NCBI GenBank assembly: GCA_028871115.1
Contig: JAGWOD010000002.1
Span: 2,144 to 66,143 of the forward strand
Source of the DNA: Patescibacteria group bacterium
GTDB lineage: Bacteria > Patescibacteriota > Minisyncoccia > Phycocordibacterales > SBAW01
DNA length: 64,000 nucleotides
Direction of reading: 5' to 3'
Part shown: positions 37,127 to 50,950 of the stretch, piece by piece
Layout: each line of letters begins with the position of its first letter
How positions within the stretch are numbered: position 1 is the first letter of the stretch
Notes under the pieces: generated by a model
What the model was told of the DNA's origin: nothing
Database searches by the model: none
The model's input: the letters and a program-made list of their open reading frames with translations, nothing else
Position numbers and translations under genes: made by a program

Positions 37127-37197
37127 ATTTTTTGAATGGTTGTTATACTATAACACTAGAGACATTTCTCAAGTTCCCTCTTCCATCAAGCGTTTGC

Positions 37198-38352
37198 ATG
37201 AAAAAAAAGATACTATTTCTCATCACAAAATCAAATTGGGGTGGCGCACAGCGGTATGTCTTTGACCTTGCAACCACCCTTCCGCGTGAGACATTCGAAG
37301 TCACTGTAGCCCTCGGTGGCACGGGTCTTCCGGGGGCAGCTGTCGGTGCACTTGCCAAAGAACTAGAGAAGCGTGCGGTACGTGTGGTCTTTGTGCATGC
37401 ACTCTCACGAGATGTTTCTATCAGTGGTGATTTGCGCGCACTCCTTGAAGTGCGGCGCATGCTGCACAAAGAGCGACCTGATGTTCTCCACCTCAACAGT
37501 TCGAAGGCAGGTGGCCTAGGAGCTTTCGCCGCTCGTCTTTCGGGGGTGGGCTCTATTATCTTCACCATCCATGGTCTCCCCTACGATGAGGATCGGAATC
37601 CTTTTGCTCGTGCCGCAATCTTTTTTGCCACCTGGATAACTCTGCTTCTGTCTACGAGCGTGATCTGCGTTTCGCGAGATAATTTTGAGCGCGTCAAAAA
37701 GATTCCTGGCTGCAAGCATAAAACTTCCCTTATTCATAACGGGCTGCCTCCGCTTCCTTTCGATGAACGCGCGCTAGCACGCAAGAGACTCGTTGAAGAG
37801 ACTCACCTCGCCTCTGAATATGAGCCTCTATGGATCGGGGCCGTGGGGGAACTCACCCGCAATAAAGGATTCTCCTATCTCATTACGGCAGCAGGCGCAC
37901 TCGCACGAGCTGGAAAGCGGTTTCATCTCTTTATCCTGGGCGATGGAGAAGAGCGCGGGGAACTTGAGCAACAGATCAAAGAACATAGTTTATCTTCTTG
38001 CATACACCTTGTCGGATTCGTGCCAGATGCTTGGAAGCTGATGCGGGCATTCGACGTTTTTGTTCTCTCCTCGGTGAAAGAGGGCCTTCCCTACGTACTC
38101 CTTGAGGCAGGACAAGCAAAAAATAGTGTTATAGCAAGCCATATTTCCGGTGTCACCGACATTATAGAAGACGGAGTGACCGGCCTTCTTGTAAAGCCCA
38201 AAAACAGCGAGGACATTGAAGACAAACTCAAAACGTTGATTGAGAACGCATCGCTACGCGAGAGGCTGAGCGAGAAGCTCTACACCTGGGTATTGCGACA
38301 GTTTTCAGTCGAGCGAATGACGCAAGCTACTGCAGAGATTTACCGATCGTAG
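37198..38352 (+). CDS. glycosyltransferase family 4 (GT-B, RfaG-like)
   Basis: Start at the ATG of MKKKILFLITKSNWGGAQRYV; the ORF-track start is a TTG. The C-terminal EG(L/F)P motif region is VLSSVKEGLPYVLLEA. Confidence 0.8.
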   Translation: MKKKILFLITKSNWGGAQRYVFDLATTLPRETFEVTVALGGTGLPGAAVGALAKELEKRAVRVVFVHALSRDVSISGDLRALLEVRRMLHKERPDVLHLNSSKAGGLGAFAARLSGVGSIIFTIHGLPYDEDRNPFARAAIFFATWITLLLSTSVICVSRDNFERVKKIPGCKHKTSLIHNGLPPLPFDERALARKRLVEETHLASEYEPLWIGAVGELTRNKGFSYLITAAGALARAGKRFHLFILGDGEERGELEQQIKEHSLSSCIHLVGFVPDAWKLMRAFDVFVLSSVKEGLPYVLLEAGQAKNSVIASHISGVTDIIEDGVTGLLVKPKNSEDIEDKLKTLIENASLRERLSEKLYTWVLRQFSVERMTQATAEIYRS

Positions 38353-39482
38353 CCTCCAGAAAATTCCTTATCGAGCTCTTCCCGATGCGCCGCGCGTGCA
38401 TAGCCACGCATGCCGTCGACAATACCAAGCGCCAAGAATTCAATAACAAGATGTGAGCCACCATAACTCATAAACGGTATGGTGGTACCAGTCACCGGTA
38501 GAAGTCCCATATTGATTCCAACATGGAGAACAAAGTGCGCGGCCAGATAGAAAAGAACCCCAAGAGTAAAGAGCGTCTCGAAATTGGTGGCCCCACGAGA
38601 GGAAGCAGCAAGCAATCTAAAAAAAAGCACTCCGTAGAGTATAAAAAGAAGCACCACTCCTAAGAATCCCCATTCTTCAGCAAATGCTGCGAACATAAAA
38701 TCAGTTTGATACTCCGGCAAGAACCGTAGGGTCGATTGCGTCCCGTACCCTATACCCTTCCCCAAAAGCTCCCCGGATCCTACCGCTATCGTTGCTTGAT
38801 AGGCTTGATAACCTACCCCTTGGCTTGATGCAAGTGGATGAATAAAAGCCAGAATCCGTTCTCGCTGGTAGGCATGAAATCCGAACGTCCACAGACCGGC
38901 GAAGGCAAGAACTCCTATCGCTATGACCGCAAGAAGATGCTTGCGCGAGAGACCGGAGACCAGCACCATAGAAAACCATATCGCAACCACGATGATGGCG
39001 CCTCCGAAGTTCGGCTGCAGGGCAACCGCGATTGCGAGGATGAGTGCATACGCGCCGGAGACAATGATATGTCTAAGGTTTCCTATCTCCACATGCCGAC
39101 GGGAGAAATATTTTGCAAGTACAACAATGAGAGCGAGATTGGCAAGTTCCGCTGGCTCAAAAGAAAATGCACCAAACGAGAACCAGCTCTGAGCACCGCG
39201 GGATACGTGTCCGAGCACAAACAGTAAGATAAGCAGAGCGGTAGCGAGCCCATAGAGTGCAACGGCGATATTCGTGCGGCGTAGAATTCTCCAATCAAAG
39301 CGGCGGGCAAGAAAGAAAATTCCAACCGCGATGCAAAGCCATATAATCTGCCTTACAAAGTAAGGATTTTGCGCCTCGAAGGAATCCATCGTGAGAAGCC
39401 CTAGGACAGAGAGGGTGAAGGCACATCCGAAAGCAATCCAGTCGGTGCGCCACGTGGATGGTATAAGGGACTCTCCGGCCAT
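38340..39482 (-). CDS. SEDS-family peptidoglycan glycosyltransferase (RodA/FtsW)
   Basis: About 10 TM helices with the conserved FtsW/RodA/SpoVE C-terminal block PVTGTTIPFMSYGGSHLV. Confidence 0.85.
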   Translation of the reverse strand: MAGESLIPSTWRTDWIAFGCAFTLSVLGLLTMDSFEAQNPYFVRQIIWLCIAVGIFFLARRFDWRILRRTNIAVALYGLATALLILLFVLGHVSRGAQSWFSFGAFSFEPAELANLALIVVLAKYFSRRHVEIGNLRHIIVSGAYALILAIAVALQPNFGGAIIVVAIWFSMVLVSGLSRKHLLAVIAIGVLAFAGLWTFGFHAYQRERILAFIHPLASSQGVGYQAYQATIAVGSGELLGKGIGYGTQSTLRFLPEYQTDFMFAAFAEEWGFLGVVLLFILYGVLFFRLLAASSRGATNFETLFTLGVLFYLAAHFVLHVGINMGLLPVTGTTIPFMSYGGSHLVIEFLALGIVDGMRGYARAAHREELDKEFSGGYDR

Positions 39483-39485
39483 CGA

Positions 39486-40256
39486 TTAGGACTGCGCCGG
39501 CAGAGCAGGCAGTGGGGTTATTTCAGCGCGGATAACATTGGGGACTCCCGAGGGCCAGGTGAAAACAACATTCTGGGATGAGCCTGGAGCAATAGGTTGA
39601 AGAAGACTCTCTGAAGCAGCTTGTGCAGTCGAACTCGCGTCAAAAAGTACTGCAGCGAGAGTCAGATTACTTATTGCGCTATCGCCTGCGTTAACGATTG
39701 AAACAGAGAGTGAGCTCCCATCCGAAGAAAGATTCTCCCCTTCTACCTCAATTGAGGGCAAAGAACTTTGAGGAATCTTTGTCCACTGGATAGCATTAGT
39801 CGAAAACTCAAAGAAGGTATGCGCTACAGTTCTTGTGCCAGTCGGTATATTAGCTTCGATCACCGGTACGACCTGTTGTGGCTCGATATCCATGACCCCA
39901 TCGCGCTCTACAATGAGCACGTTGTTACTATCAAAGAGACGAAATGCGTATGGAACGCTATACGCACCAGCGTTTTGTGCACTGTTTGGGTTCTCTACGT
40001 ATGCTGCAGCCGTATAGACCCCGGGAGCAGTTTGAAATGCTCGCGACCACAGGACAACCGGCGCGCGTGCTTCATCTGAGCAAATGCGAGCGCAAGGACC
40101 ACCACAATCGATTCCTGTTTCTCCTTGATCCTGCTTTCCATCAAAACAAGAAGGAGCAGTTGCAAAAAAATGAAAGCCAATCCAAAGGATAATAATGAGT
40201 GCCACGAGCGCTGTAACGCCTCCATAAAGCAACTTTCGTCTCATCGCCCATGACAT
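39486..40256 (-). CDS. hypothetical membrane-anchored Cys-rich extracytoplasmic protein
   Basis: N-terminal TM, then CFDGKQDQGETGIDCGGPCARIC and a Ser-rich soluble domain. No family call. Confidence 0.4.
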   Translation of the reverse strand: MSWAMRRKLLYGGVTALVALIIILWIGFHFFATAPSCFDGKQDQGETGIDCGGPCARICSDEARAPVVLWSRAFQTAPGVYTAAAYVENPNSAQNAGAYSVPYAFRLFDSNNVLIVERDGVMDIEPQQVVPVIEANIPTGTRTVAHTFFEFSTNAIQWTKIPQSSLPSIEVEGENLSSDGSSLSVSIVNAGDSAISNLTLAAVLFDASSTAQAASESLLQPIAPGSSQNVVFTWPSGVPNVIRAEITPLPALPAQS

Positions 40257-40287
40257 AGAAGAGATTGTACCGTGAAGCAGTCCGCAT

Positions 40288-40318
40288 CACAAAAACGCGC
40301 CCTATTTTAGCGCGTTTG
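40288..40318 (-). terminator. rho-independent terminator downstream of 5S rRNA
   Basis: On the minus strand, stem AAACGCGC/GCGCGTTT with a 9-nt loop, followed by a UUUUUGUG run. Confidence 0.55.
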
Positions 40319-40334
40319 TATTTTTAGATGCTCT

Positions 40335-40447
40335 GTTCTGGCGGCTAGCTACTCTCTCCCACAAAGTGGAATACCATCGCCGCTAGCGAGCTTAACTTCC
40401 GTGTTCGGAATGAGAACGGGTGTGACCCCGCCGCCAAGCCACCAAAA
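40335..40447 (-). rRNA. rrf: 5S ribosomal RNA
   Basis: The reverse complement contains GGCGGCGGGGTCACACCCGTTCTCATTCCGAACACGGAAGTTAAGCTCGCTAGCGGCGATGGTA, the canonical 5S loop B/C region. Ends are approximate. Confidence 0.75.
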
Positions 40448-40496
40448 CAGAACGTCCAAATGAAAACAACAGATTATTGCGATGCTCAAGCATCCA

Positions 40497-43468
<2,972 letters not shown>

Positions 43469-43660
43469 CTTTGCAAGGAAGCAAAAGGATGCTTGAGAAC
43501 CGCAATAATCTGTTGTTTCCCTTGTATAATTATGCAATTACACAAGGATTGTTGTTGTTGTTTCATTACCTGCCCATCTCCGCCCTCACAAAAAGACCCA
43601 CACGAAGTGAAGAGCGTGATGGAATTGAGTTGTCAACGTTCGAGATACGTCTTCTCTACT

Positions 43661-43682
43661 AAAAAATCCCGCTTTCTGCGGG
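43661..43682 (-). terminator. hairpin CCCGC-AGAAA-GCGGG followed by a U-run on the minus strand
   Basis: Seen in the sequence. It lies between the upstream membrane-protein gene and the 23S 5' end. Confidence 0.45.
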
Positions 43683-43811
43683 ACAAGCGAGCACACGAGG
43701 GCTCATGCCTATCTCCGCCGGCAGTCTTTGTTAGTAGTAAACATACCTATACAGAGAGTATAGCTGGCAGGCTATAGAGTGTCAAGAAATAATTTTCTTG
43801 AGGATTCCTAC

Positions 43812-43843
43812 ACAAAAATCCGCCTTTTGGGCGGATTTTTTGC
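43812..43843. terminator. bidirectional rho-independent terminator (ATCCGCC-TTTTG-GGCGGAT flanked by A-run and T-run)
   Basis: Seen in the sequence, about 20 nt downstream of the stop of the 43862..44551 gene. Confidence 0.65.
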
Positions 43844-43861
43844 TTTGATTACAAGGAGAGA

Positions 43862-44551
43862 TTACTTCCCGTGATTCATCTGGCTGCGCATGCGCTCAAG
43901 GAATCGAGCGGCGGCATCCTGGCCGCCAAGACCAAAGGCAAGGCCAAACCCAAGGGAAAGCGCTACTACGATACCTGTAAAGAGTGTTTGAAGGATGCCG
44001 GAGGCAATACCAAGCTGCGAGAGAGCGGCAAGGATGGCAATGATCCATATAAGCCAACGGGCAACAGCACCCACAAAACCAGCGGATACAATGCCTGCCG
44101 CACGGGCTGACCCCGTCACGACATTTTGCACTGCCTCGGCAAGAACCGCACCGAAGAGCAAAATGAGTGCCGCAACGATAACCTGCGGAAGGTAGAAGAG
44201 AACCACTTGGTCGAGGAAGAGCGTTACCTGCGTGAGACCCATAACCTCAAGAGCGGCGAGAAGGAAGACGATGATGATGAACCATCTGACAAGAAAACCG
44301 AGAAATGCCCCTGAATTGAGCGTATAGCCGGCTCGGGAGACAATATCGTCAACACCCGCTGCCTTAAGTGCATGATCCACTTTAAGGGCCTGAATCACCT
44401 GAGCGACGACTCGGCCGAGGACCACCCCGACAATCCACCCAATGATGAAAATAATTACCGCGAACAGGAACGCCGGTATGAAGTTCACCACCCCATAGAA
44501 GAGGTTGACGAACGAATCCTGGAGTACCGTAAGCCACGATTGGACAACCAT
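43862..44551 (-). CDS. multi-pass membrane protein with TM-helix repeats (MscS-associated TM_helix-like)
   Basis: 229 aa, mostly hydrophobic helices with repeated GxxxA/L patterns. The family assignment is tentative. Confidence 0.5.
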   Translation of the reverse strand: MVVQSWLTVLQDSFVNLFYGVVNFIPAFLFAVIIFIIGWIVGVVLGRVVAQVIQALKVDHALKAAGVDDIVSRAGYTLNSGAFLGFLVRWFIIIVFLLAALEVMGLTQVTLFLDQVVLFYLPQVIVAALILLFGAVLAEAVQNVVTGSARAAGIVSAGFVGAVARWLIWIIAILAALSQLGIASGILQTLFTGIVVALSLGFGLAFGLGGQDAAARFLERMRSQMNHGK

Positions 44552-44716
44552 ATTTAAATTCCTTTACAAATAACGGGGCTTTTACCCCGACTGCTGCTAA
44601 TTGGACTTGATAATTCGCCCGTACTTAATTGTAACAAGGCCCTTTTTTCTTAGTGTGCTCCGTGTGGATAGCCAAAAAAGCCCGGATACAAGCAAAAAGA
44701 CTTATTTTCAGGGCTT

Positions 44717-45328
44717 TTATTTAAGCCCGATATCGAGGCGATCAAGCACGATACGGTGCGGATAGTCGAAAATATCGCGTATAAGACGGTCATTCATATT
44801 AAGACGGTAGAGAAAATCAGCGGTCGAGAGAAGGCTGTAGCGCACCTCTTTACCGAGATCAGCTTCAATCCTGCGCATTCTCTCTCGGAGTTTGCGTTCC
44901 TTGATCCGGTCACCAACAAGGAGCATATCGAGACGACCGTCCCACTCCCCCATGAATATTCCAGAGAGCACGATGCATTTCATCGTGCCGCTTGTGCGTA
45001 TTCGCTCCACAATATCCCGCCCGCGCTCTGGAGCATTGAGGAGAAGGCTCTGCAGCCCTGAAAGATATTCAAATTGGGGATTAATGCTCCAGCGGACTCC
45101 TTTCCCACGCCCGCGCTCAATGAGATGCGCCGAGGAGAACAGTGCAATCTCGCGACGAGTGGCCTTATCGGGCACACGCGCTCGAGCCGCTGCCTCCTCA
45201 GGAGAAAAGGAACTACGCGGGTTGAAAAGAAAGAGACGGAGCAGCTTTATTCGTGCGGGAGAGCCGAAGAGTTTGGCAAGCGGGTCGGTCATAATCGGCA
45301 CTTCTGAATATGGCTGTATTGTAGGCAA
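44717..45328 (-). CDS. hypothetical protein with N-terminal winged-helix-like region
   Basis: 203 aa; LLRLFLFNP...PEEAAARARVPDKATRREIALF looks like a wHTH. The overlapping + strand ORF 44892..45884 is rejected. Confidence 0.4.
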   Translation of the reverse strand: MPTIQPYSEVPIMTDPLAKLFGSPARIKLLRLFLFNPRSSFSPEEAAARARVPDKATRREIALFSSAHLIERGRGKGVRWSINPQFEYLSGLQSLLLNAPERGRDIVERIRTSGTMKCIVLSGIFMGEWDGRLDMLLVGDRIKERKLRERMRRIEADLGKEVRYSLLSTADFLYRLNMNDRLIRDIFDYPHRIVLDRLDIGLK

Positions 45329-45362
45329 CTTGTCTCAAGAGCGCAAAGGGGAGAGCGGAATA

Positions 45363-45392
45363 CAAAAACACCCGCCATGGCGGGTGTTTTTG
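45363..45392. terminator. palindromic terminator ACACCCGCCATGGCGGGTGT flanked by A-run and T-run, downstream of rplL
   Basis: Seen in the sequence; typical for a highly expressed r-protein operon end. Confidence 0.65.
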
Positions 45393-45404
45393 TATGTAGA
45401 GAAA

Positions 45405-45815
45405 TTATTTGAGCTCTACTTTTCCTCCTGCGGCTTCAATCGCTTTCTTGAGTTTTTCCGCATCTTCTTTCTTCATTCCCTCCTTAAGAAGGGCGGGTGC
45501 TGCATCGACAAGATCTTTCGCTTCTTTGAGCCCAAGACCAAGGCCTTCCTTCACGGCCTTGATAACTTGGACTTTTTGCGCCCCAGCGTCCGTGAGATGA
45601 ACATTGAAGGCGCTCTTCTCCTCAGCTGGCGCTGCGCCCCCGGCGGGGGCTGCCGTTGCCACTGCCGCGGCGGAGACACCGAATTTCTCCTCGAATACTT
45701 TCACAAGCTCATTGAGCTCAAGCACCGAGAGCGATTCAATAGAATCGACAATCCCTTTGAATTTCGCAGGAACCTCGACGGTAGCTTTTTGTACAACTGC
45801 TGTCTCTTCTGCCAT
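45405..45815 (-). CDS. rplL: 50S ribosomal protein L7/L12
   Basis: N-terminal dimerisation domain, an Ala/Pro/Gly hinge ([18 protein letters not shown]) and the C-terminal domain [24 protein letters not shown]. Confidence 0.95.
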   Translation of the reverse strand: MAEETAVVQKATVEVPAKFKGIVDSIESLSVLELNELVKVFEEKFGVSAAAVATAAPAGGAAPAEEKSAFNVHLTDAGAQKVQVIKAVKEGLGLGLKEAKDLVDAAPALLKEGMKKEDAEKLKKAIEAAGGKVELK

Positions 45816-45832
45816 ATAAGATTACTAATACG

Positions 45833-46342
45833 TTATGCAGGAAGCTTCTTTGCTCGCTCACTGAGCACAATGGCGAGTTTCTGAAGCGGACTGTTGATAA
45901 TATGGACGAACTGTGCACGAAGCACTTCAAGCGGCGGAATGGACGCGATCGACTTCATTTCGTCGATGCCAACATAGCGGCCACCGAAGACGCCTCCCGC
46001 AAAGAAAAGCTGCTCAGGATACTTTTTAACAAACACGGCGAGCTCTCGCGCGGGGGCGAGCTCATCCGTACCTGATACCAACGCTATCTCCCCCGCCATA
46101 TCAGGCATTGCTCCCTGAATCTTGGATCCCTGGAGAGCTCGTTTAAGGAGAGTTTTCTTGGTGACAGTATACTTCAGACCTTGCGTTTTGAGTGCACGGC
46201 GCATTTCCGTCGCTTGGGCAACGGTAAGACCTTTGAAGTTCGTAAAGACGAGCGTCAAAGAATTTTTGACGATATCTTCTACGTTCTTCAGAATTTCTTC
46301 TTTTTTCTTTCTAGTGATAGCCATATAACCTATTTCGGGCAT
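45833..46342 (-). CDS. rplJ: 50S ribosomal protein L10
   Basis: L10 family with the characteristic rplJ-rplL arrangement. The true start may be the MAITRKKK Met at 46324. Confidence 0.9.
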   Translation of the reverse strand: MPEIGYMAITRKKKEEILKNVEDIVKNSLTLVFTNFKGLTVAQATEMRRALKTQGLKYTVTKKTLLKRALQGSKIQGAMPDMAGEIALVSGTDELAPARELAVFVKKYPEQLFFAGGVFGGRYVGIDEMKSIASIPPLEVLRAQFVHIINSPLQKLAIVLSERAKKLPA

Positions 46343-46462
46343 AAAAAATACCCGGTAAAAGGGCGTCGAGTCGACCTCGGGAGGAAATTACTCGCTTGCT
46401 ACGAAACCCCCTGTCTTCGGCCCTTATGGGGACACTATAGGACCGGAGCGGGTAGGAGTCAA
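46343..46462 (-). promoter_or_regulatory. candidate rplJ (L10) leader / autoregulatory 5' UTR
   Basis: A 120-nt GC-rich structured non-coding stretch directly upstream of rplJ (for example GTCGACTCGACGCCC and CCGGTCC-TATAGTGTCCCC). By analogy with L10-leader elements; not verified by a covariance model. Confidence 0.3.
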
Positions 46463-47038
46463 TCAGATATATTTGAATTCCTCAAAAACCCGCCGATACA
46501 GATCGGCTGTCGCTCGAGCTTCGTGTTCCGTAAGATGGTACTGTTCTCCATCATGGGCGATGCGATTGCGCACATGATGCGCTTGCCAGGCCAATTCCCG
46601 AGTCCCAAAGTGCGCTACGCTTGCCCCGCGCAATTGTTCGCCAATATCCGCGCCCACAAATCCCTTCTCGGTGAGCATGGAGGCGAGCATACTGTCCGCA
46701 TCAATGATTGCCCGTCGCCAGTCTCCCTCAAGAGGTGAATCAAAGAGTGCAAGAATGTCGTGCCAACGAGGATTACCCGGCCGCGTCTCGGCATGTTCTT
46801 TCATTTCAAGTTCGGCATGTAAGCGCTGATGATGCACTCGATGTTCGGCACCTTCAAGTGCAAGGCGCAAATAGATAAGAAGAATGAGAAGCACGACCGA
46901 GACTGCAAGAGCTGCGAGTTCGATATTTTGGATAGCGGTCAGTGTTCCCGATTGGATAGTGGCGCCATTTCCAACGTTGGAAAAAAAACCAAAAAAATTG
47001 GCAAGAATGTAGATGATATTAAATGAGGACAGAGACAT
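46463..47038 (-). CDS. hypothetical membrane-anchored protein
   Basis: N-terminal and second TM helices, then a soluble domain with a VRNRIAH (Rx4H) motif. No secure family call. Confidence 0.4.
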   Translation of the reverse strand: MSLSSFNIIYILANFFGFFSNVGNGATIQSGTLTAIQNIELAALAVSVVLLILLIYLRLALEGAEHRVHHQRLHAELEMKEHAETRPGNPRWHDILALFDSPLEGDWRRAIIDADSMLASMLTEKGFVGADIGEQLRGASVAHFGTRELAWQAHHVRNRIAHDGEQYHLTEHEARATADLYRRVFEEFKYI

Positions 47039-47047
47039 TATTGCTTG

Positions 47048-48478
47048 TTATTCTACCTCGTTGAGCAAATGCTTGCCGATTTTGAAGAGAACATGCTCCC
47101 CTCCGTGGGAGGCCATAAATTGTATGCCGACGGGGAGCTCAGTGCCCTCGCGTTCTACCGTACCCATAGGAAGAGAGATGGCAGGTACACCCGTTAAGTT
47201 TGCGGGGACAGTAAAAATATCTTCAAGATACAGAGAGAGTGGGTCCGATTTCTCCCCAAGAGAGAAAGCCGGTGCTGGCATGGTAGGAGTAGCGATGGCA
47301 TCAATGTACTCAAACGCATTCTGAAATTCATGTCGGAGTTCTTGACGACTCGCTACTGCCCTACCATAGAACGCATCGTAGTAGCCAGCAGAAAGTACAT
47401 AGGTACCGAGCATAATACGTCGTCTCGTCTCAGGGCCAAATCCTTCTGTGCGTGAGCGTCGGTAATCGTCGACAAGAGAGGATCCAGAGCGAGAGAGGCC
47501 ATAGCGCACGCCATCGAATCGAGCGAGGTTCGTCGATACTTCTGCAAAGTTTATGATGTAATAAGCCGCAAGTGCAGAAGTAAGCTGTTTCAGTTCGATA
47601 TCGACGATATCGTAGCCCTCCCCAGCGAGTCTCTTTAGGCTTTCACTGAAGCGCGAGCCGACATCGCCGAGCTCCCCTATAAGATGTCGAGGCACTCCTA
47701 TCCGCCGCATCTCTTTTGAGGAAGAGTAGGTCGTTTCTACAGTTGTAGTGCTATCAAATATATCTGTGCCGCGTATGGCGTTGAAAAGCAATTCTGTATC
47801 GGTGACAGTTTTAGTAATAGGACCCGCCTGATCAAAAGAAGAAACTGCAGCGATAAGGCCGGAGCGTGATACTGCGCCATAGGTCGGTTTGAGACCGACC
47901 ACTCCACAAAAACTCGCTGGATTGCGCACGGAGCCACCGGTGTCGGTCCCCAAGGCAGCGAGAGCCATACCGGCTGCAACCGCCGCCGCTGAGCCGCCGG
48001 AGGTCCCGCCGGCCACACGGGTTTCATCATGAGGATTTCGAGTTGGACCAAAGGCAGAGTTGGTAGTCGATCCGCCGAGTGCAAACTCATCCATATTGGT
48101 TCGTCCGAGAAATACCGCCCCTGCGGCCTTAAGTTTTTTGGTGACGGTCGCATCGTATACGGCGGTATAATCCTCAAGCATTTTCGAGGCGGCCGAGGCC
48201 CTACGACCTTCTATTAAAATATTGTCTTTTATGGCAAGAGGAATTCCCAAGAGTGCGTGATTCTCCCCCCTCGCCCGGCGCAGATCAGCTTCTTTCGATT
48301 GGGCTTCTATATCCTCGAAGACTTCGAGATACGCGTTAATTGCCGAGTTTCTTTCTTCTATTGCGCTCTTGTAAGAGCGCGCAAGCTCAAGAGCGGAAAT
48401 CTCTTTTGACTGTAATTTCTTTGAGGCTTCGACAATTGAAAGTCCCGTCAATGCCTCTGCAGTAGCCTTTTTATTCAT
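47048..48478 (-). CDS. gatA: Glu-tRNA(Gln)/Asp-tRNA(Asn) amidotransferase subunit A
   Basis: Amidase signature GGSSGGSAAAVAAG with Ser-cisSer-Lys triad context. Start at MNKKATAE (48478) overlaps the gatC stop by 8 nt. Confidence 0.9.
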   Translation of the reverse strand: MNKKATAEALTGLSIVEASKKLQSKEISALELARSYKSAIEERNSAINAYLEVFEDIEAQSKEADLRRARGENHALLGIPLAIKDNILIEGRRASAASKMLEDYTAVYDATVTKKLKAAGAVFLGRTNMDEFALGGSTTNSAFGPTRNPHDETRVAGGTSGGSAAAVAAGMALAALGTDTGGSVRNPASFCGVVGLKPTYGAVSRSGLIAAVSSFDQAGPITKTVTDTELLFNAIRGTDIFDSTTTVETTYSSSKEMRRIGVPRHLIGELGDVGSRFSESLKRLAGEGYDIVDIELKQLTSALAAYYIINFAEVSTNLARFDGVRYGLSRSGSSLVDDYRRSRTEGFGPETRRRIMLGTYVLSAGYYDAFYGRAVASRQELRHEFQNAFEYIDAIATPTMPAPAFSLGEKSDPLSLYLEDIFTVPANLTGVPAISLPMGTVEREGTELPVGIQFMASHGGEHVLFKIGKHLLNEVE

Positions 48479-48767
48479 CGCGTTGGATAATCTTCCGCAC
48501 AACGATATATTCCTCTTCGTGTCGAGGCGCTTGTGCAAGGAGTGCCTCGGGAGAGCCGCCTACTGTTACACCCGGAACATCTTCACGCATAACGGTATGC
48601 ACTGAAAGAATCTCTTCGGGGGCATCCACCCTGCCCTGTTGTATCTCTCCTACATAGGCAAGAATCGCGCCAAGGTCCTTTTCAAGGCTCTTCAGTTCTG
48701 CCTCAGTGAGAGAGAGGCGAGAAAGGGCCGCAAGATTTTCTATGTCGCTCCGGGAAATCATGTTCAT
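48471..48767 (-). CDS. gatC: Glu-tRNA(Gln)/Asp-tRNA(Asn) amidotransferase subunit C
   Basis: 98 aa; IENLAALSRLSLTEAELKSLEKDLGAILAYV is the typical GatC sequence. Confidence 0.85.
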   Translation of the reverse strand: MNMISRSDIENLAALSRLSLTEAELKSLEKDLGAILAYVGEIQQGRVDAPEEILSVHTVMREDVPGVTVGGSPEALLAQAPRHEEEYIVVRKIIQRDE

Positions 48768-48777
48768 CGTTATACTA

Positions 48778-50892
<2,115 letters not shown>

Positions 50893-50950
50893 TTACAGGA
50901 CAAGGCCGTGGGTACGGTCACGTGCGGCGTTGCTACTGATATCGTGGTAC

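Noticed and set aside
44892-45884. 330-aa + strand ORF spanning the hypothetical gene, the rplL terminator and rplL itself
   Set aside because: Arg/Ser-rich low-complexity translation antisense to two well-supported minus-strand genes. It also crosses a strong bidirectional terminator.
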